From positions 124,001 to 188,000 of the forward strand of contig BCKZ01000013.1 in assembly GCA_001600815.1 (NCBI GenBank): a DNA stretch of 64,000 nucleotides, given 5' to 3'. Position numbers and translations under genes: made by a program. Each line of letters starts with the position of its first letter. Within the stretch, counting starts at the first letter, position 1. Below the pieces are notes generated by a model. That model ran no database searches. It was given only the letters and a program-made list of their open reading frames with translations, and was not told the origin of the DNA. This DNA is from Alloascoidea hylecoeti. Taxonomy: Eukaryota. Positions 1 to 12,302 of the stretch are shown piece after piece.

Positions 1-304
1 ATTATTACCAAGGAGAATTTGGTATGAATTGGTCATAGGTTGGCGTTATGTACAAAAATTAATTGGTGCTATTTTAAAAGATTATTTCACAGTTGGATTA
101 AATTCTTAATTAGCCATATATTCAAGATTAAATTAGTAATCCGTGTTGTAAAAAATGATTAGTAATTTTGATCAAAGTCATTCAATTATGAAAATTATTC
201 AGCGTTAAGTGGTCGATATTTACCTACAGTAATTTCACTTAATATAGGACACTTGGAGGACTAATTATTCGGACGTGTGATCATTAAATAATCAGATGCA
301 ACTG

Positions 305-1461
305 AAACAATAACTCGGAATAACAAACATTGGCATCTAGAGTAGATCAATTATACCTATATACTTGATATGATAGAATTCTTTATTTAGCACCAAACAA
401 ATAACAAACATTTGCATTTTTAGATCCATATCACTAATTTGTATTCTTTAAACAACACAACCCCACCATAACCCATCCTCATCTGTAACACCTAAAAGAT
501 TATATTATCATCTAAAATAAAATTGATAAAATATGATATTCAATTACAAATAATAAATTATTTTAGCCTCATCTCAGACCATTCAAGTCAGCAATATCAT
601 TTTCCTTTCCAACTTTTAATTGTTCTTCTATTTCTTTACTTGAAATTTTTTTAAGTTGTGGTTTACTACTGGAGAAACCGAAATCTATAAAGTAAATAGT
701 TCCATCAGAAATTTCAGATTCTAATCACACCATGTCATATCAAATAGATACTGATATAAATAAAGATATTAAAGTTGAAGATTTTCCAATAAGAATTGAT
801 AATAAAAACAAATGTTTTAAAATATCACCCAATCAAATATGTGATTTTGAATAATCAGCGTTTGCTTTTGCATTTTATTTTATTTATCAGAAAATCTATC
901 AAATTCTTTGAAACACATTCAAAAAAAAAAGGTGAATAACGCCGTTAAAAATCTTTTAAATTGTTTACGCAAAACTCCGAGCGAGATTAATTTGGATGCA
1001 GAAAAACCGAGATCTGAATTAAAACAATTACTACGAAAAGAATTCGGCGAAAAAGAAGTTAAGTTTACTCACTCGTATGGATTTATATTTAAACAAATAT
1101 GTTTTAACAGAATCGGAGCTTAACGGCATGTGTATTCAATATGCATGGAACCGAAAATATCATAGTCAAGTAATGAAATTGTCGAAGGAATTATTTGAAA
1201 AAATAAACAGAAATCAAAATGTACAAATACCAATGGAAAATGAAAATGAATATATGTTAAAAATCTACGATCCTTTTTGTGCTTTTAAGGGCTATCGACG
1301 TTCTAATCAGATGCCCAAAAAATGTTTTCAACATTTTGCAACTGAAAATATCAAACATATTGTCTAATAAAAGATTATAAAAGGTCTATACATTTTATTC
1401 CAAACTTAATTTGTTTTGGATTCATTGAATTCAAATCTGATTCTGGTGCACAAGAAAACGA
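305..1461. pseudogene. Rearranged fragment of the nuclease-kinase family (3' end reversed at 305-712, middle part forward at 713-1461); left arm of an inverted repeat
   Basis: Near-identical to parts of the 55.6-57.0 kb copy; ORFs 908..1123 and 1077..1367 are identical to the minus-strand ORFs 2067..2282 and 1823..2113. Confidence 0.8.
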
Positions 1462-2877
1462 CAAGTCAGCAATATCATTTTCCTTTCCAACTTTTAATTG
1501 TTCTTCTATTTCTTTACTTGAAATTTTTTTAAGTTGTGGTTTACTACTGGAGAAAATCTATAAAGTAAATAGTTCCATCAGAACTTTCTATAAAATTGTG
1601 TTTTATGTCACCGTGTATAATGTTATAGGAATGAAGAATCAGCAGATTTTCTTTTGCTTTTTGGAAGATACTAGGATCTGTCCGGTGTTTTGCCTTTGAT
1701 ATAGTCCATCAAAATGAAAATACCGCCATCGTTTTCTTGTGCACCAGAATCAGATTTGAATTCAATGAATCCAAAACAAATTAAGTTTGGAATAAAATGT
1801 ATAGACCTTTTATAATCTTTTATTAGACAATATGTTTGATATTTTCAGTTGCAAAATGTTGAAAACATTTTTTGGGCATCTGATTAGAACGTCGATAGCC
1901 CTTAAAAGCACAAAAAGGATCGTAGATTTTTAACATATATTCATTTTCATTTTCCATTGGTATTTGTACATTTTGATTTCTGTTTATTTTTTCAAATAAT
2001 TCCTTCGACAATTTCATTACTTGACTATGATATTTTCGGTTCCATGCATATTGAATACACATGCCGTTAAGCTCCGATTCTGTTAAAACATATTTGTTTA
2101 AATATAAATCCATACGAGTGAGTAAACTTAACTTCTTTTTCGCCGAATTCTTTTCGTAGTAATTGTTTTAATTCAGATCTCGGTTTTTCTGCATCCAAAT
2201 TAATCTCGCTCGGAGTTTTGCGTAAACAATTTAAAAGATTTTTAACGGCGTTATTCACCTTTTTTTTTTGAATGTGTTTCAAAGAATTTGATAGATTTTC
2301 TGATAAATAAAATAAAATGCAAAAGCAAACGCTGATTATTCAAAATCACATATTTGATTGGGTGATATTTTAAAACATTTGTTTTTATTATCAATTCTTA
2401 TTGGAAAATCTTCAACTTTAATATCTTTATTTATATCAGTATCTATTTGATATGACATGGTGTGATTAGAATCTGAAATTTCTGATGGAACTATTTACTT
2501 TATAGATTTCGGTTTCTCCAGTAGTAAACCACAACTTAAAAAAATTTCAAGTAAAGAAATAGAAGAACAATTAAAAGTTGGAAAGGAAAATGATATTGCT
2601 GACTTGAATGGTCTGAGATGAGGCTAAAATAATTTATTATTTGTAATTGAATATCATATTTTATCATTTTTATTTTGGATGATAATATAATCTTTTAGGT
2701 GTTACAAATGAGGATGGGTTATGGTGGGTTGTATTGTTTAAAAAAATTTGTGATATGGATCTAAAAATGTAAATGTTTCTTATTTATTTGGTGCTAAATA
2801 GAGAATTCATATTGAGTAGATATGTATTTTTTTTTCCGAGTTACTGTTTTAGTTGTAAAATTTCTTAATAAAATTCT

Positions 2878-2878
<1 letters not shown>
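1462..2878 (-). pseudogene. Second rearranged fragment of the nuclease-kinase family (middle and kinase part on minus strand; 3' end flipped at about 2478-2878)
   Basis: Minus strand reads LKIYDP...IPNLICFG...GGIFILMDYIKGK...LHSYNIIHGDIK with frameshifts; 1729-2850 is the reverse complement of 305-1461. Confidence 0.8.
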
Positions 2879-2911
<33 letters not shown>

Positions 2912-2939
2912 NNNNNNNNNNNNNNNNNNNNNNNNNNNN
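2912..2939. other. Assembly gap inside a long poly-T run
   Basis: N run flanked by about 30 T on each side. Confidence 0.99.
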
Positions 2940-2940
<1 letters not shown>

Positions 2941-2970
<30 letters not shown>

Positions 2971-4125
2971 CCTTTAAAATTTTACAATCCGAGATACATA
3001 CATACATACATCCCAAAACCTCTTACTCGTCCGAGATCGGCAAATATTTAAAAAACGAATCTTTAATATATATATATATATATACGAATAATTCATAACA
3101 ATTCCAACCAGGAATAAAATCAATCTTTATCGTAATAACTACCGTGTGAGCTGTTGAAAATAGCATTGACTAAATTTGCAACTAGAAAAGATAAACATCC
3201 CGCTATTCAGCTTTTGTAGAACGAAATGAGCCTATTAATATTCTCTTCATTTTTAAATAAAACTGGAACTTTTAAACTAGAAATTCCAGCTTGTTCTCGC
3301 ATCAAAATTCATTTGGAACAATGCAATACTTCATGATCGAAGGTTAGCTTATTCTCTCCGCAATGATCACACGGGATTGAATCCGATGCCAGGTACATTT
3401 TTGTTTTATATTCGATCACGCTAGTATCACTTACCAATTGCGAAATGACAGAGCTAATCTGTTTGTCTAAATCACCTGTGAAAGCCAGTAGGGTTTCTTT
3501 ATGTGATGTTGGAACTTTGAGTCTGTTTGATTGATTATATTTGTACAACTCACGAATATTATTGGCTGAGAAAACCTGAATCTATTTCATTTTCAAAAAA
3601 CCAAATTTCAACTTCTTGCTTCCAAGCTAGTTGTTGATTTAAGATAGGAAGTAACTTTATTTTTAAATTATGCTTTATGATTTAATGATGCGATTAACTC
3701 AAAATTGGTTGTATTGATGATGTTGAATTTTCATTTTCCATTCCTTTTGTGATGCATTTTCTATTTCTTCAATAGTTACCTTCTCTACTTCATAAGAAGA
3801 TTTGGTAATAGTTTTGGGGATTACATCTTTCTGTGGAAAATGATGTTTTTTACACTTTTCAGCTAGTTGTTTAAAAAATCCATCCAGTGTGATATATTAT
3901 TTAGTTCGAGTAATCTCAAAGCTTTCCAAATATTGGTTTTATTTCGGGTTTTAAGATATTGATTCCAACAATTCTTTTTCGCTTTTTTGATAGCAATAAT
4001 AAATCGTTCCCTAGTTAACTTAATTTCTTCAGAATAGAGTCGTTTGGCTTCTAGATATTGTTGATGGGTTTTTTTTAACTTCCTCTGTCCACCATCTTTT
4101 TGAATGAAACGAGAGATTTTTTCAT
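2941..4125 (-). mobile_element. Degenerate, internally deleted non-LTR (LINE) retrotransposon 3' end with poly(A) tail
   Basis: Poly-T on + strand; minus strand encodes the ORF2-type C-terminal knuckle CDHCGENKLTFDHEVLHC (3309..3548) and pre-RT motifs AIKKAKKNCW...NIWK and KVTIEEIENA; no RT core seen. Confidence 0.65.
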
Positions 4126-4130
4126 ACATA

Positions 4131-4184
4131 ATGTGGGCGAATATATAAGTCAAAAAGTGGGCGATATTTACGTAAAGTATTGTA
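4131..4184 (-). repeat. Isolated terminal-repeat fragment of the TTCGRCCAC element family, ending at TA
   Basis: gtgggcgaatatataagtc..aagtgggcgatattta matches 52351-52390 and the reverse complement of 57760-57810. Confidence 0.6.
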
Positions 4185-5351
4185 TATTATAAATCATAAA
4201 TAAAATTTGAAGGCCTTAAGGCTTCATACAATTGATAATTGATCGTATAACCTACATGCCTATAAGTCATCAAACACAAGCACAAGCCCGAACATCGACA
4301 TAAACACCACAAAATAACAATAATGCAACTAAAATTCAAAAGAATGTTTCTAACCATGTTAGAATGAATTTGGATATTTTTTGTGATTGTATTATTTCAT
4401 TTGATTGACCTTTATTATACTTATCTATCATTAATTTACATAAATTTGAGTATATTAGAAGTAAGCAAAAACTATGAAACATATATATATCCAACTCTTT
4501 TGCGATCTCAAGAGGAATAATAATGCGTTACCATCAGATGAAACGGTTATATTAATATTCATAGACAAAGAGTATCTAGTAACAAAAGCTTTCTATTTAA
4601 TGATGTATTTTAGAATAGCGATATATGGATTGTGTTGGATAAAGATTCCTACAATTACAGCTGTTTTAGACCCTCCGGAAGCTTTGGCACAAACACCTTT
4701 ACAGTCATAACATGTTAAAAACGTGGAAAGCTCTGAAATAACCCTGATATAGTGCTATGTGAAAATTGGGCATTTGAAAGATTGAGATGTGAAGAGCATA
4801 TGTGAAGAGCATATGCATTTTTTTTTAAAATGCATACGTTTGATCGGAAAGTTTAATTTTGGAGAAGCCCATACATTTACCTTAAAAAAGTAGTATATTT
4901 TGAACGTGAAACTATCAGTTTTCTTTTTAAAATTGGGTATGCATAATGGTTTCAGGTGGGGGGATTATAAATGTTAAGGATTCCTAGGGGAAAGTGGAGA
5001 AGGGTAGGGTTTGTAATTATCGTTTTTAAACTATTGAACTATAAGGAGATGCTTTGCCCTCAATGATCATAAGTTTCATTAGCAAATAACAATTACGGAA
5101 TTTGCAATTGTGTATTTTTTACTTGATCGATCGGATCTAGATCTAGCGCTAGTGCTTAATTGCGAGATGGCACTTTGATTCCTGGGCGCATTGCATATTG
5201 ACACACTCCTCGTGCTATCCTATACATCATTACTTAGTTACTCGGCATTCTATCCACTCTTAATTATCAAGTTGTGAACAAAAAGTAATCCCCACAAAAC
5301 AATCCAGCCGTAATAAAAATATAAATAAATTACAAATTAAATCATCGGAAT

Positions 5352-5433
5352 TAAATTAAAAATTAAAAATTAAAAATTAAAAATTAAAAATTAAAAATTA
5401 AAAATTAAAAATTAAAAATTAAAAATTAAAAAT
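5352..5433. repeat. (AAAATT)n microsatellite, about 12-13 units
   Basis: Directly visible hexamer tandem array. Confidence 0.95.
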
Positions 5434-5767
5434 TGTCAAGCCATATCCCACGTGATGTTTTTGTTGATCAGCTGAGTTTTCTGAAAACTTTAAGTTAACC
5501 GAAAAAAGTTAAAAAACCCTGATTCAAAAACCGGATGCATACGTCAATTTTCAATGTAATCTTGATGATCGTGATTATTATTATTGTCTCAGAATTTTGA
5601 CATTTTTTATAACTCGGCGCGCGACATTTTTAGTTTTAATTATAATTATTATGAAAATGTTATGAAAACTTACGATATAATGAACAAAACCAACAAATTT
5701 GATTATTATAAAACTATTTACTATTTATTTAACAAATTTAAAAAAATAAATTTGATTCTGAAAAAAG

Positions 5768-7507
5768 TTAAGCTTGAACATTAATAAAATCTAAAGAATG
5801 TTTATCAACATTAACAATCTCATCTTTTAAATTATCATGTAAATCTTTTCCAGATAATCTTAATTGTTCATCAGTCCAAATTGGTTTAACTTCTTCTAGA
5901 TTTGATTCACCAACACCACATAATCCACCAATTGAAGCATAATCATCAATTCTATTTAATCCGATTTCATTAAATACAGAATCCAAAGATTCAATTAAAT
6001 GATTACAATGTTTTTCATCATGTCCTGGTGTTGGAGTAATTCTTAAACGTTCATGACCAATTGGTACAGTTGGATAATTAATTGCTTGAACATAAATTCT
6101 ATATTTATCCATTAATAAATCAGAAGCTTGTTTTGCCTTTTCTGCATCACCAACTAAAACAGGAATAATATGTGATGGATTTGGTACAACAGGAATACCA
6201 ATATTATGTAATTGTTTTTTAACAAATCTTGTATTTAATTGTTGACCAACACGATCATCCATTGTTTGACGTTGATATTCGATAGCAGTTTTAGCACCAG
6301 ACATAACAACGGGTGGTAAAGAAGTTGTAAAAATAAAACCTGGTGCATAAGATCTAATCCAATCAACAAATTTACTTGATCCAGCAATATAACCACCAAC
6401 AACACCAAATGCTTTACCCAAGGTACCAGTAATCATATCGACTCTATCCATAACAGTTTTAAAACCAGGATTTTCACGACCAGATCTTAAATGAGCATTA
6501 AAATCCAAATGTTCTGCAACTCCTGCACCATGTGGACCATACATACCAACAGCATGAACTTCATCTAAAAATGTTAAAGCACCATATTTATCAGCTAAAT
6601 TACAAATTTCTTCAATTGGTGCAATTGAACCACACATTGAATAAACAGATTCAAATGCAATTACTTTTGGTGTTGTTTTTGGATATTGTTTCAATTTAGA
6701 TTCTAAATCATTTAAATCATTATGTTTAAATATGACTTTTTTTGCACCTGAATGTTTCATGCCAACAATCATTGAATTATGATTTGATTCATCTGAAAAA
6801 TAAACACAACCAGGTAATTTTGATCCCAACAATGATAAAACTGCATCATTTGCAACATAACATGATGAAAATACCAATGCAGCTTCTTTTTTATGTAATG
6901 AAGCTAAAGTACTTTCCAATGCAATTGCATGACGATTATGTCCTGCAATGTTTCTTGTACCACCAGCCCCTGAACCATATTTATCCAAAGTCTTATGCAT
7001 TGTTTCAATAACATATGGATTTTTACTCATACCAAGATAATCATTTGAACACCAAACAGTCACTTTATCATCTTCTTTTGCACGGTGGGCACGAGGGAAA
7101 TCATGCGCAAGACGATTGATATTATTAAAATAACGATACGATTTATCGTGATGTTTTTTTTCCAATTGATCTTCATATAATTTTTCATATTCAAATGATT
7201 CAGAAGCTGCTGCTACAGGAGTGGTAGGGATTGCATTTTTCATATGAGGACATAAACCCTTAGAAGTGTCAAACACGCCAGCTTGGGCATGGATTTTGTC
7301 CAAGGAAGGGATTTGGGCTCTAACAGGATTAGTAGCATGGGAATAATGCTTGACATGTGATCTAGCGTCCAAAGCCGGGCCCATAATAGGACAAGAATGG
7401 GCCTTGACAGTCAAAGTAGAGGTTGAAGCCATAGAGCGCAACGAAGCAGTGGTGGTGTGCTGGATAAAGGGGCACACAGCCTTAGATTGACGGGCGAGAG
7501 ATTCCAT
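5768..7507 (-). CDS. HEM1: 5-aminolevulinate synthase, mitochondrial
   Basis: 579 aa; [28 protein letters not shown]-lysine motif TLGKAFG; N-terminal CP heme-regulatory motifs. Confidence 0.97.
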   Translation of the reverse strand: MESLARQSKAVCPFIQHTTTASLRSMASTSTLTVKAHSCPIMGPALDARSHVKHYSHATNPVRAQIPSLDKIHAQAGVFDTSKGLCPHMKNAIPTTPVAAASESFEYEKLYEDQLEKKHHDKSYRYFNNINRLAHDFPRAHRAKEDDKVTVWCSNDYLGMSKNPYVIETMHKTLDKYGSGAGGTRNIAGHNRHAIALESTLASLHKKEAALVFSSCYVANDAVLSLLGSKLPGCVYFSDESNHNSMIVGMKHSGAKKVIFKHNDLNDLESKLKQYPKTTPKVIAFESVYSMCGSIAPIEEICNLADKYGALTFLDEVHAVGMYGPHGAGVAEHLDFNAHLRSGRENPGFKTVMDRVDMITGTLGKAFGVVGGYIAGSSKFVDWIRSYAPGFIFTTSLPPVVMSGAKTAIEYQRQTMDDRVGQQLNTRFVKKQLHNIGIPVVPNPSHIIPVLVGDAEKAKQASDLLMDKYRIYVQAINYPTVPIGHERLRITPTPGHDEKHCNHLIESLDSVFNEIGLNRIDDYASIGGLCGVGESNLEEVKPIWTDEQLRLSGKDLHDNLKDEIVNVDKHSLDFINVQA

Positions 7508-7635
7508 GTTTCTGATGGTGAAAGTGAAAAAGTTGGGGAATGGAGAAAAGAAGAGGTTTCCTCGGACGTTTTAACATAATTGCATGCTTTACCCGGACAC
7601 CAGCGACTGAGCCGAGGCGTAATCTGCAGCACGGT

Positions 7636-7766
7636 GATTGGCTGCCTCCGGACGCCACACATTTTCCACGCACGGCATCTAAGTCCCGCTGTGGCTGGTT
7701 CAGCCAATCACAGTTCTGAGCTTCATGTCACGTGCATGTCACGTGGGCATGCTACTCACATTGGCC
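7636..7766. promoter_or_regulatory. HEM1 upstream region with CCAAT boxes and two tandem TCACGTG E-boxes
   Basis: gattgg ~7636, ccaatca ~7704, attgg ~7760, catgtcacgtg twice at 7724-7745; CCAAT (Hap complex) control of HEM1 is known in yeasts, function here inferred. Confidence 0.5.
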
Positions 7767-8588
7767 AACAGAACAGACCCAGTCACTTAAGTCAGAACTG
7801 TAATCTAATGGAAACTCAGAAAATCCCATTAAAAAGTTCTTTTGTACGTCGACTGGTGCGGTTGTGCTGCTGCCACTAACACTGACACTAACATCTGTAT
7901 AGCCTGTTCCGGAAAACACCCTGAAAGACTTTGCTGACAAGGTACTTGCTGTTGTTGCTGTTTGCGTGGGTCCAACTAACACCATATGACAGGCTTTTAA
8001 GGAGGTGGAAACCTCAAAAGTTCCAGATGGCGATGCTCCCCAGTTCGTATCCGTATGTTTAATATCTACAACAATGTATTCGATGATCACCAATCACCAA
8101 CTAATCAACCGGAAATGTTTAGAACGAAATCTTGAAACAAGCAAATGGCGTTCTTACCGATGATTATAAACTTCTTGTGCAGGCATCAATAGTTGCGGTT
8201 GGAGGTAAAGGTGAAAGTGAACTTTTCATTAAGACCTCTATTTCTGCGTTGTGGAATGCTGAAAAAGATGGAGCTTGGAGTTATAGCTACAAATTAAACC
8301 ATCATAAAACCATTGTTGTTAATGTTACTTGGATTTATATTGGAATTGATAAATAAGAAATAGCATTTAATAATAACTTCCCGATTAGTTAAATTTCATT
8401 TCGAAAGTGTTTTTGCTTTGCTGTCTGTAAAACCCAAACACCCCCTCCCTGATTTTTATTCACTTTCACCTCCTCGCTTTAATTTCGCTCATTATTTAAA
8501 ATATTTGATTGTTTTTAAACATCAAATAAATAAGTCTCTGTTCCTCATCAATCTCATACCTATAAATAAAAAAGAAAAAAAAGGAACA

Positions 8589-11500
8589 ATGAGATCTGCT
8601 CAAAATTCAAATCGATCTGGGAATGTTAATGGTTCTACAAAACGCCCTCAATCTTCTTCATCATCTGTAAATTCATCAACTAATTCATTAACAAATACAA
8701 ATTCTAATACAAATATAAATTCAAACTCTCAAGACAAAAAATCAAATAAAAGTAATACTTGGGCTAATGTTGCTAATCATGCAAATCAAAGTCATTCAAA
8801 AAATAATAATGGTAATGGTATAAATTTCTCAAATTTACCACCAACTGTTGATCCATCTGTAGCTGTTAAACATATGCATGATAGATTATTATACCTAATT
8901 GCAAAATCCATTGTATGTTTCTTTTTTCATATTTTTGAAGTATAAATATAAATACTAATTTTTTTTTTTTGATAGGGTCTGAAAGTTATTGTTACAGTCG
9001 CTTCAGGTGCAAGATATTCAGGTATATTATCATCTGCAAAAACAAGAGATGAATTTGGTGTTATTTTACAATTTCCTGAATTAATTTCAACCGCTCCAGG
9101 AGAAGAAGATTTAAAAAATATTGAAGAAAATTCTTGTAATACTTTAATTATTTCTCCAAAAGATTTTATGGATTTGGAAATATTTAATGTTAATTTATCA
9201 TCTTCATCACCAACAAATCAAAAACAATCATCTTCTTCTTCGTCACCTTCTGTTTCTACATCAACTTCAAATTTTAAAACTGATTCTGATATTTCTCGTT
9301 CAAAACAAATTGAAGAAAAAGTTTTAGAACGTTGGATTCCTGATGATTCATCAAATGAATTAGATTCTCGTTTAACATTTGATAACGAAACAAATGATGG
9401 TTCATGGGATCAATTTGCAGTTAATGAAAAACAATTTGGTGTTACATCAACATTTGATGAACATTTATATACTACTAGAATTTCAAGAGATGATCCAAAT
9501 TTTAAACAACGTGAAAAAGAAGCTGAAAGATTAGCAAAAGAAATTGAATCTTCAAATCATGGTGGGAATTCTCATTTAGCTGAAGAAAGAAATATTCATA
9601 TTGATGATTCTGGTTTAGATGAAGAAGATAAATATTCTGGTGTTGATAGACGTGGGAATGATATTTTAGCTCAATTAAAATCAAATGCTGCAAATAAATC
9701 TTCAAAATCTTCATCAACAGCTGCTGTTGCAGCAACAACAGATGAAAAAGAAAAAGAAAAAGAAAAAGAAAAATTTGTACCTTCAGTTTTAAGAGCTGCT
9801 CGTTCAAAAAATGGTATTTTTCATGATCCTGCTATTATTAGTGGAACTTTAAAAGAATCAAAAGTTGTTTCTCTTCCTAATCGTCCAAAAACAACAACCC
9901 CAACAAATTCTTCAAGAACAACAACCCCAGTAAATGTTTCAAGAACAAACACTCCAACAAACGTTTCAAGAACCAATACACCCGTTAATAATGTTAAAAT
10001 TAAACCAGTTGTTCCAAAACCTGATATTCAAAAACCAATTCAAAAACAAAATGTTCAAAAATCAATTTCTGTAAAACCTGTTGTTCCAAAACAAAATGTT
10101 TCAAAACCAATTGTTCCAAAGACAGTTACTCCAAAACCAGTTGTTCCAAAACCAACTGTTTCTATAAAACCAATTGTTTCAAAACAAATTGAAAAACAAA
10201 CTGAAAAACAAACTGAAAAACAAACTGAAAAACAAACTGAAAAATCAAAAGTTAAACAAAAGGATTTCCCATCTCTTAACCCTACAAAACCCACCACAAC
10301 TTTTAATGCAAATCCTAACCCAACTTTTCATAATGAATCTAAACGTCTATCAGCCCGTTCTGAACTTAACTCCTTAAAAGAATTCTCTGCTAAATTTAAA
10401 GTAAGTAGTCCAATTCCAGATGATTTATTACCAATCCTTACAAAAGATAAAAATAAACAAGAAGAAATTCGAAAATCATCAGCTGCAAATTCATCAACAT
10501 CATCATTAATTAAACCAATATCATCATCAACAGTTTCACTTGATAAAAAATTAATTAAAGAGGAACAATCAAAGATAAAAGAACAAAGTACACCAATGAT
10601 ACAACAAAAATCATTAGGTGAGAAATTATCAGATATTGAAGCTGGTAAATCAATAGGTCCTTTAAAATCACCATCTCCATTAACAAATACTTTATCAATT
10701 TCATCATCATCACAAGAAAATACAACCACAAAAAGTCCAAAATTAGAAAGGAAGAAATTAAATCCTGCTGCTGCTTCATTTAAATTAAATCCAAGTGCTG
10801 CTTCTTTTACACCAAGAATTCCAGTAGGATCTCCATCTTTAGATCATTCAACAAGACATGCATCTACACATTCAATTAATTCTGGAATTGGATCAGGATC
10901 TGGATCAGGATCTGGACAAAATAATAATAATCATTATAATAATAATAAATCAAGAAATATTAATCCATCTACATTTTTTGGACCTAAAAAAATTATAAAT
11001 ACATCAGATTCTCGTAAAACATTAAAATCTGGATTTAATATGTTTGAAAAGATTAAAATTGAACATATTGAAAATGTTAAATCTGAAGATGTTGAAAAAA
11101 ATAGTCCAATAATAATTGAAAGAGCTTATGTTACACCACCTACATGGACAACAAATTATGATCAATCACATGAAGTATTATTCCCAACTTTAGAAAATAT
11201 TCAATTTGAACAACAACAACAACAGCAACAGCAGCAGCAGCAGCAGCAACAACAACAACAAGGATCATATTATCAAAGTCAAAATCCGATGCAACCAATA
11301 CCTGCAACACCAATGGCATTACCAATGGGTATGATGCCACAAATGATTTATGATCCAATGTCACCACAATTTATAAATGGACCACCTGGTGGATTCATCC
11401 AAGGAAATGCTGGATATCCAGTAGCATATGGTGGAGCAATGGGTAGAATTCCAAATGGTTATGGTGGTGGAGTTCCTGTTCAACCACCAAATATGATTCC

Positions 11501-11681
11501 TGGTCAACCTCCTTATGCTTCTCCTCAACAACAAGGTGCATTTTCTCCAAGGATGGCATTTATGCAACCGAATATACCACCACAGTATGGGAATGGTGGA
11601 TATTATGGACCTCCTCCACAAGGAATGATTATGAAGAATGGAATGGCGATGTCTCCACAACCTGGATTTCAAAAATATTAA
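8589..11681 (+). CDS. PBP1: Ataxin-2/Pab1-binding protein; exons 8589-8912 and 8976-11681
   Basis: Intron GTATGT(8913)...TACTAAT...TAG(8975) joins HMHDRLLYLIAKSI to GLKVIVTVASGARYSG in frame; LsmAD motif WDQFAVNEKQFGVTSTFDEHLYTT; PAM2-like LNPAAASF/LNPSAASF; 17-Gln tract. Confidence 0.93.
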
Positions 11682-11798
11682 TTAATGTATTGATAAAATT
11701 GATAAATGAAATATGTAAGTTTGTTTGTGTGGGTTAATTGATTAAGATTAATACTAGCAATTGGAATGAAGACAAAACTAGCAATAGGAAACAAACAG

Positions 11799-11833
<35 letters not shown>

Positions 11834-12302
11834 AAAAAAAAAAAAAAAAAGAAAGAAAACAACAAAAGAAAAAAAAATTGAGAAGGAGAGAAGGGGAGAG
11901 AAGGGAAGAAAGGGGAAGTAAGAAAAATATGGGAAAAAAAGTGAAAGAAAGTGAAAAGAAATGAAGGAAACATAATCCTCAAATCTAATTCAATTTTATA
12001 ATTAGTTATCCTACACATTTTGATCGTAGTAGATAACCAATGATAGTCAACATCTATGATTTCTTCTTGGTATGAAAATAAAATCAATTACAATCATGGA
12101 TGAAATATGAAGATGAGATGGAAAAAAAAATTAAAGATTCAATAATAATAGCTAATTTAAACTTATAAATACTACTACTTATTATATTTTGATCTTTTGC
12201 TTCTAGTTGAAATCTAAGTCTAAGTATCTTTATAATTTATAATCTATAATTAAATGTTTATACTTTATACTTATAATTAAGACTATATGATTATCACCTG
12301 TA

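Noticed and set aside
2860..2970. Poly(A) tail indicating retroposition of the nuclease-kinase copy
   Set aside because: The run is poly-T on the strand where that copy's 3' end is sense; it fits the adjacent minus-strand LINE instead
5352..5433. Telomeric repeat
   Set aside because: Pure AT hexamer at an internal position with no G-rich strand; ordinary microsatellite
8418..8945. ORF 8418..8945 as a separate gene
   Set aside because: It is PBP1 exon 1 read from a non-ATG start into the intron
9502..12087. Minus-strand ORFs over PBP1 and the poly-Phe ORF 11734..12087
   Set aside because: Antisense shadows of a low-complexity gene and of an A-rich 3' region
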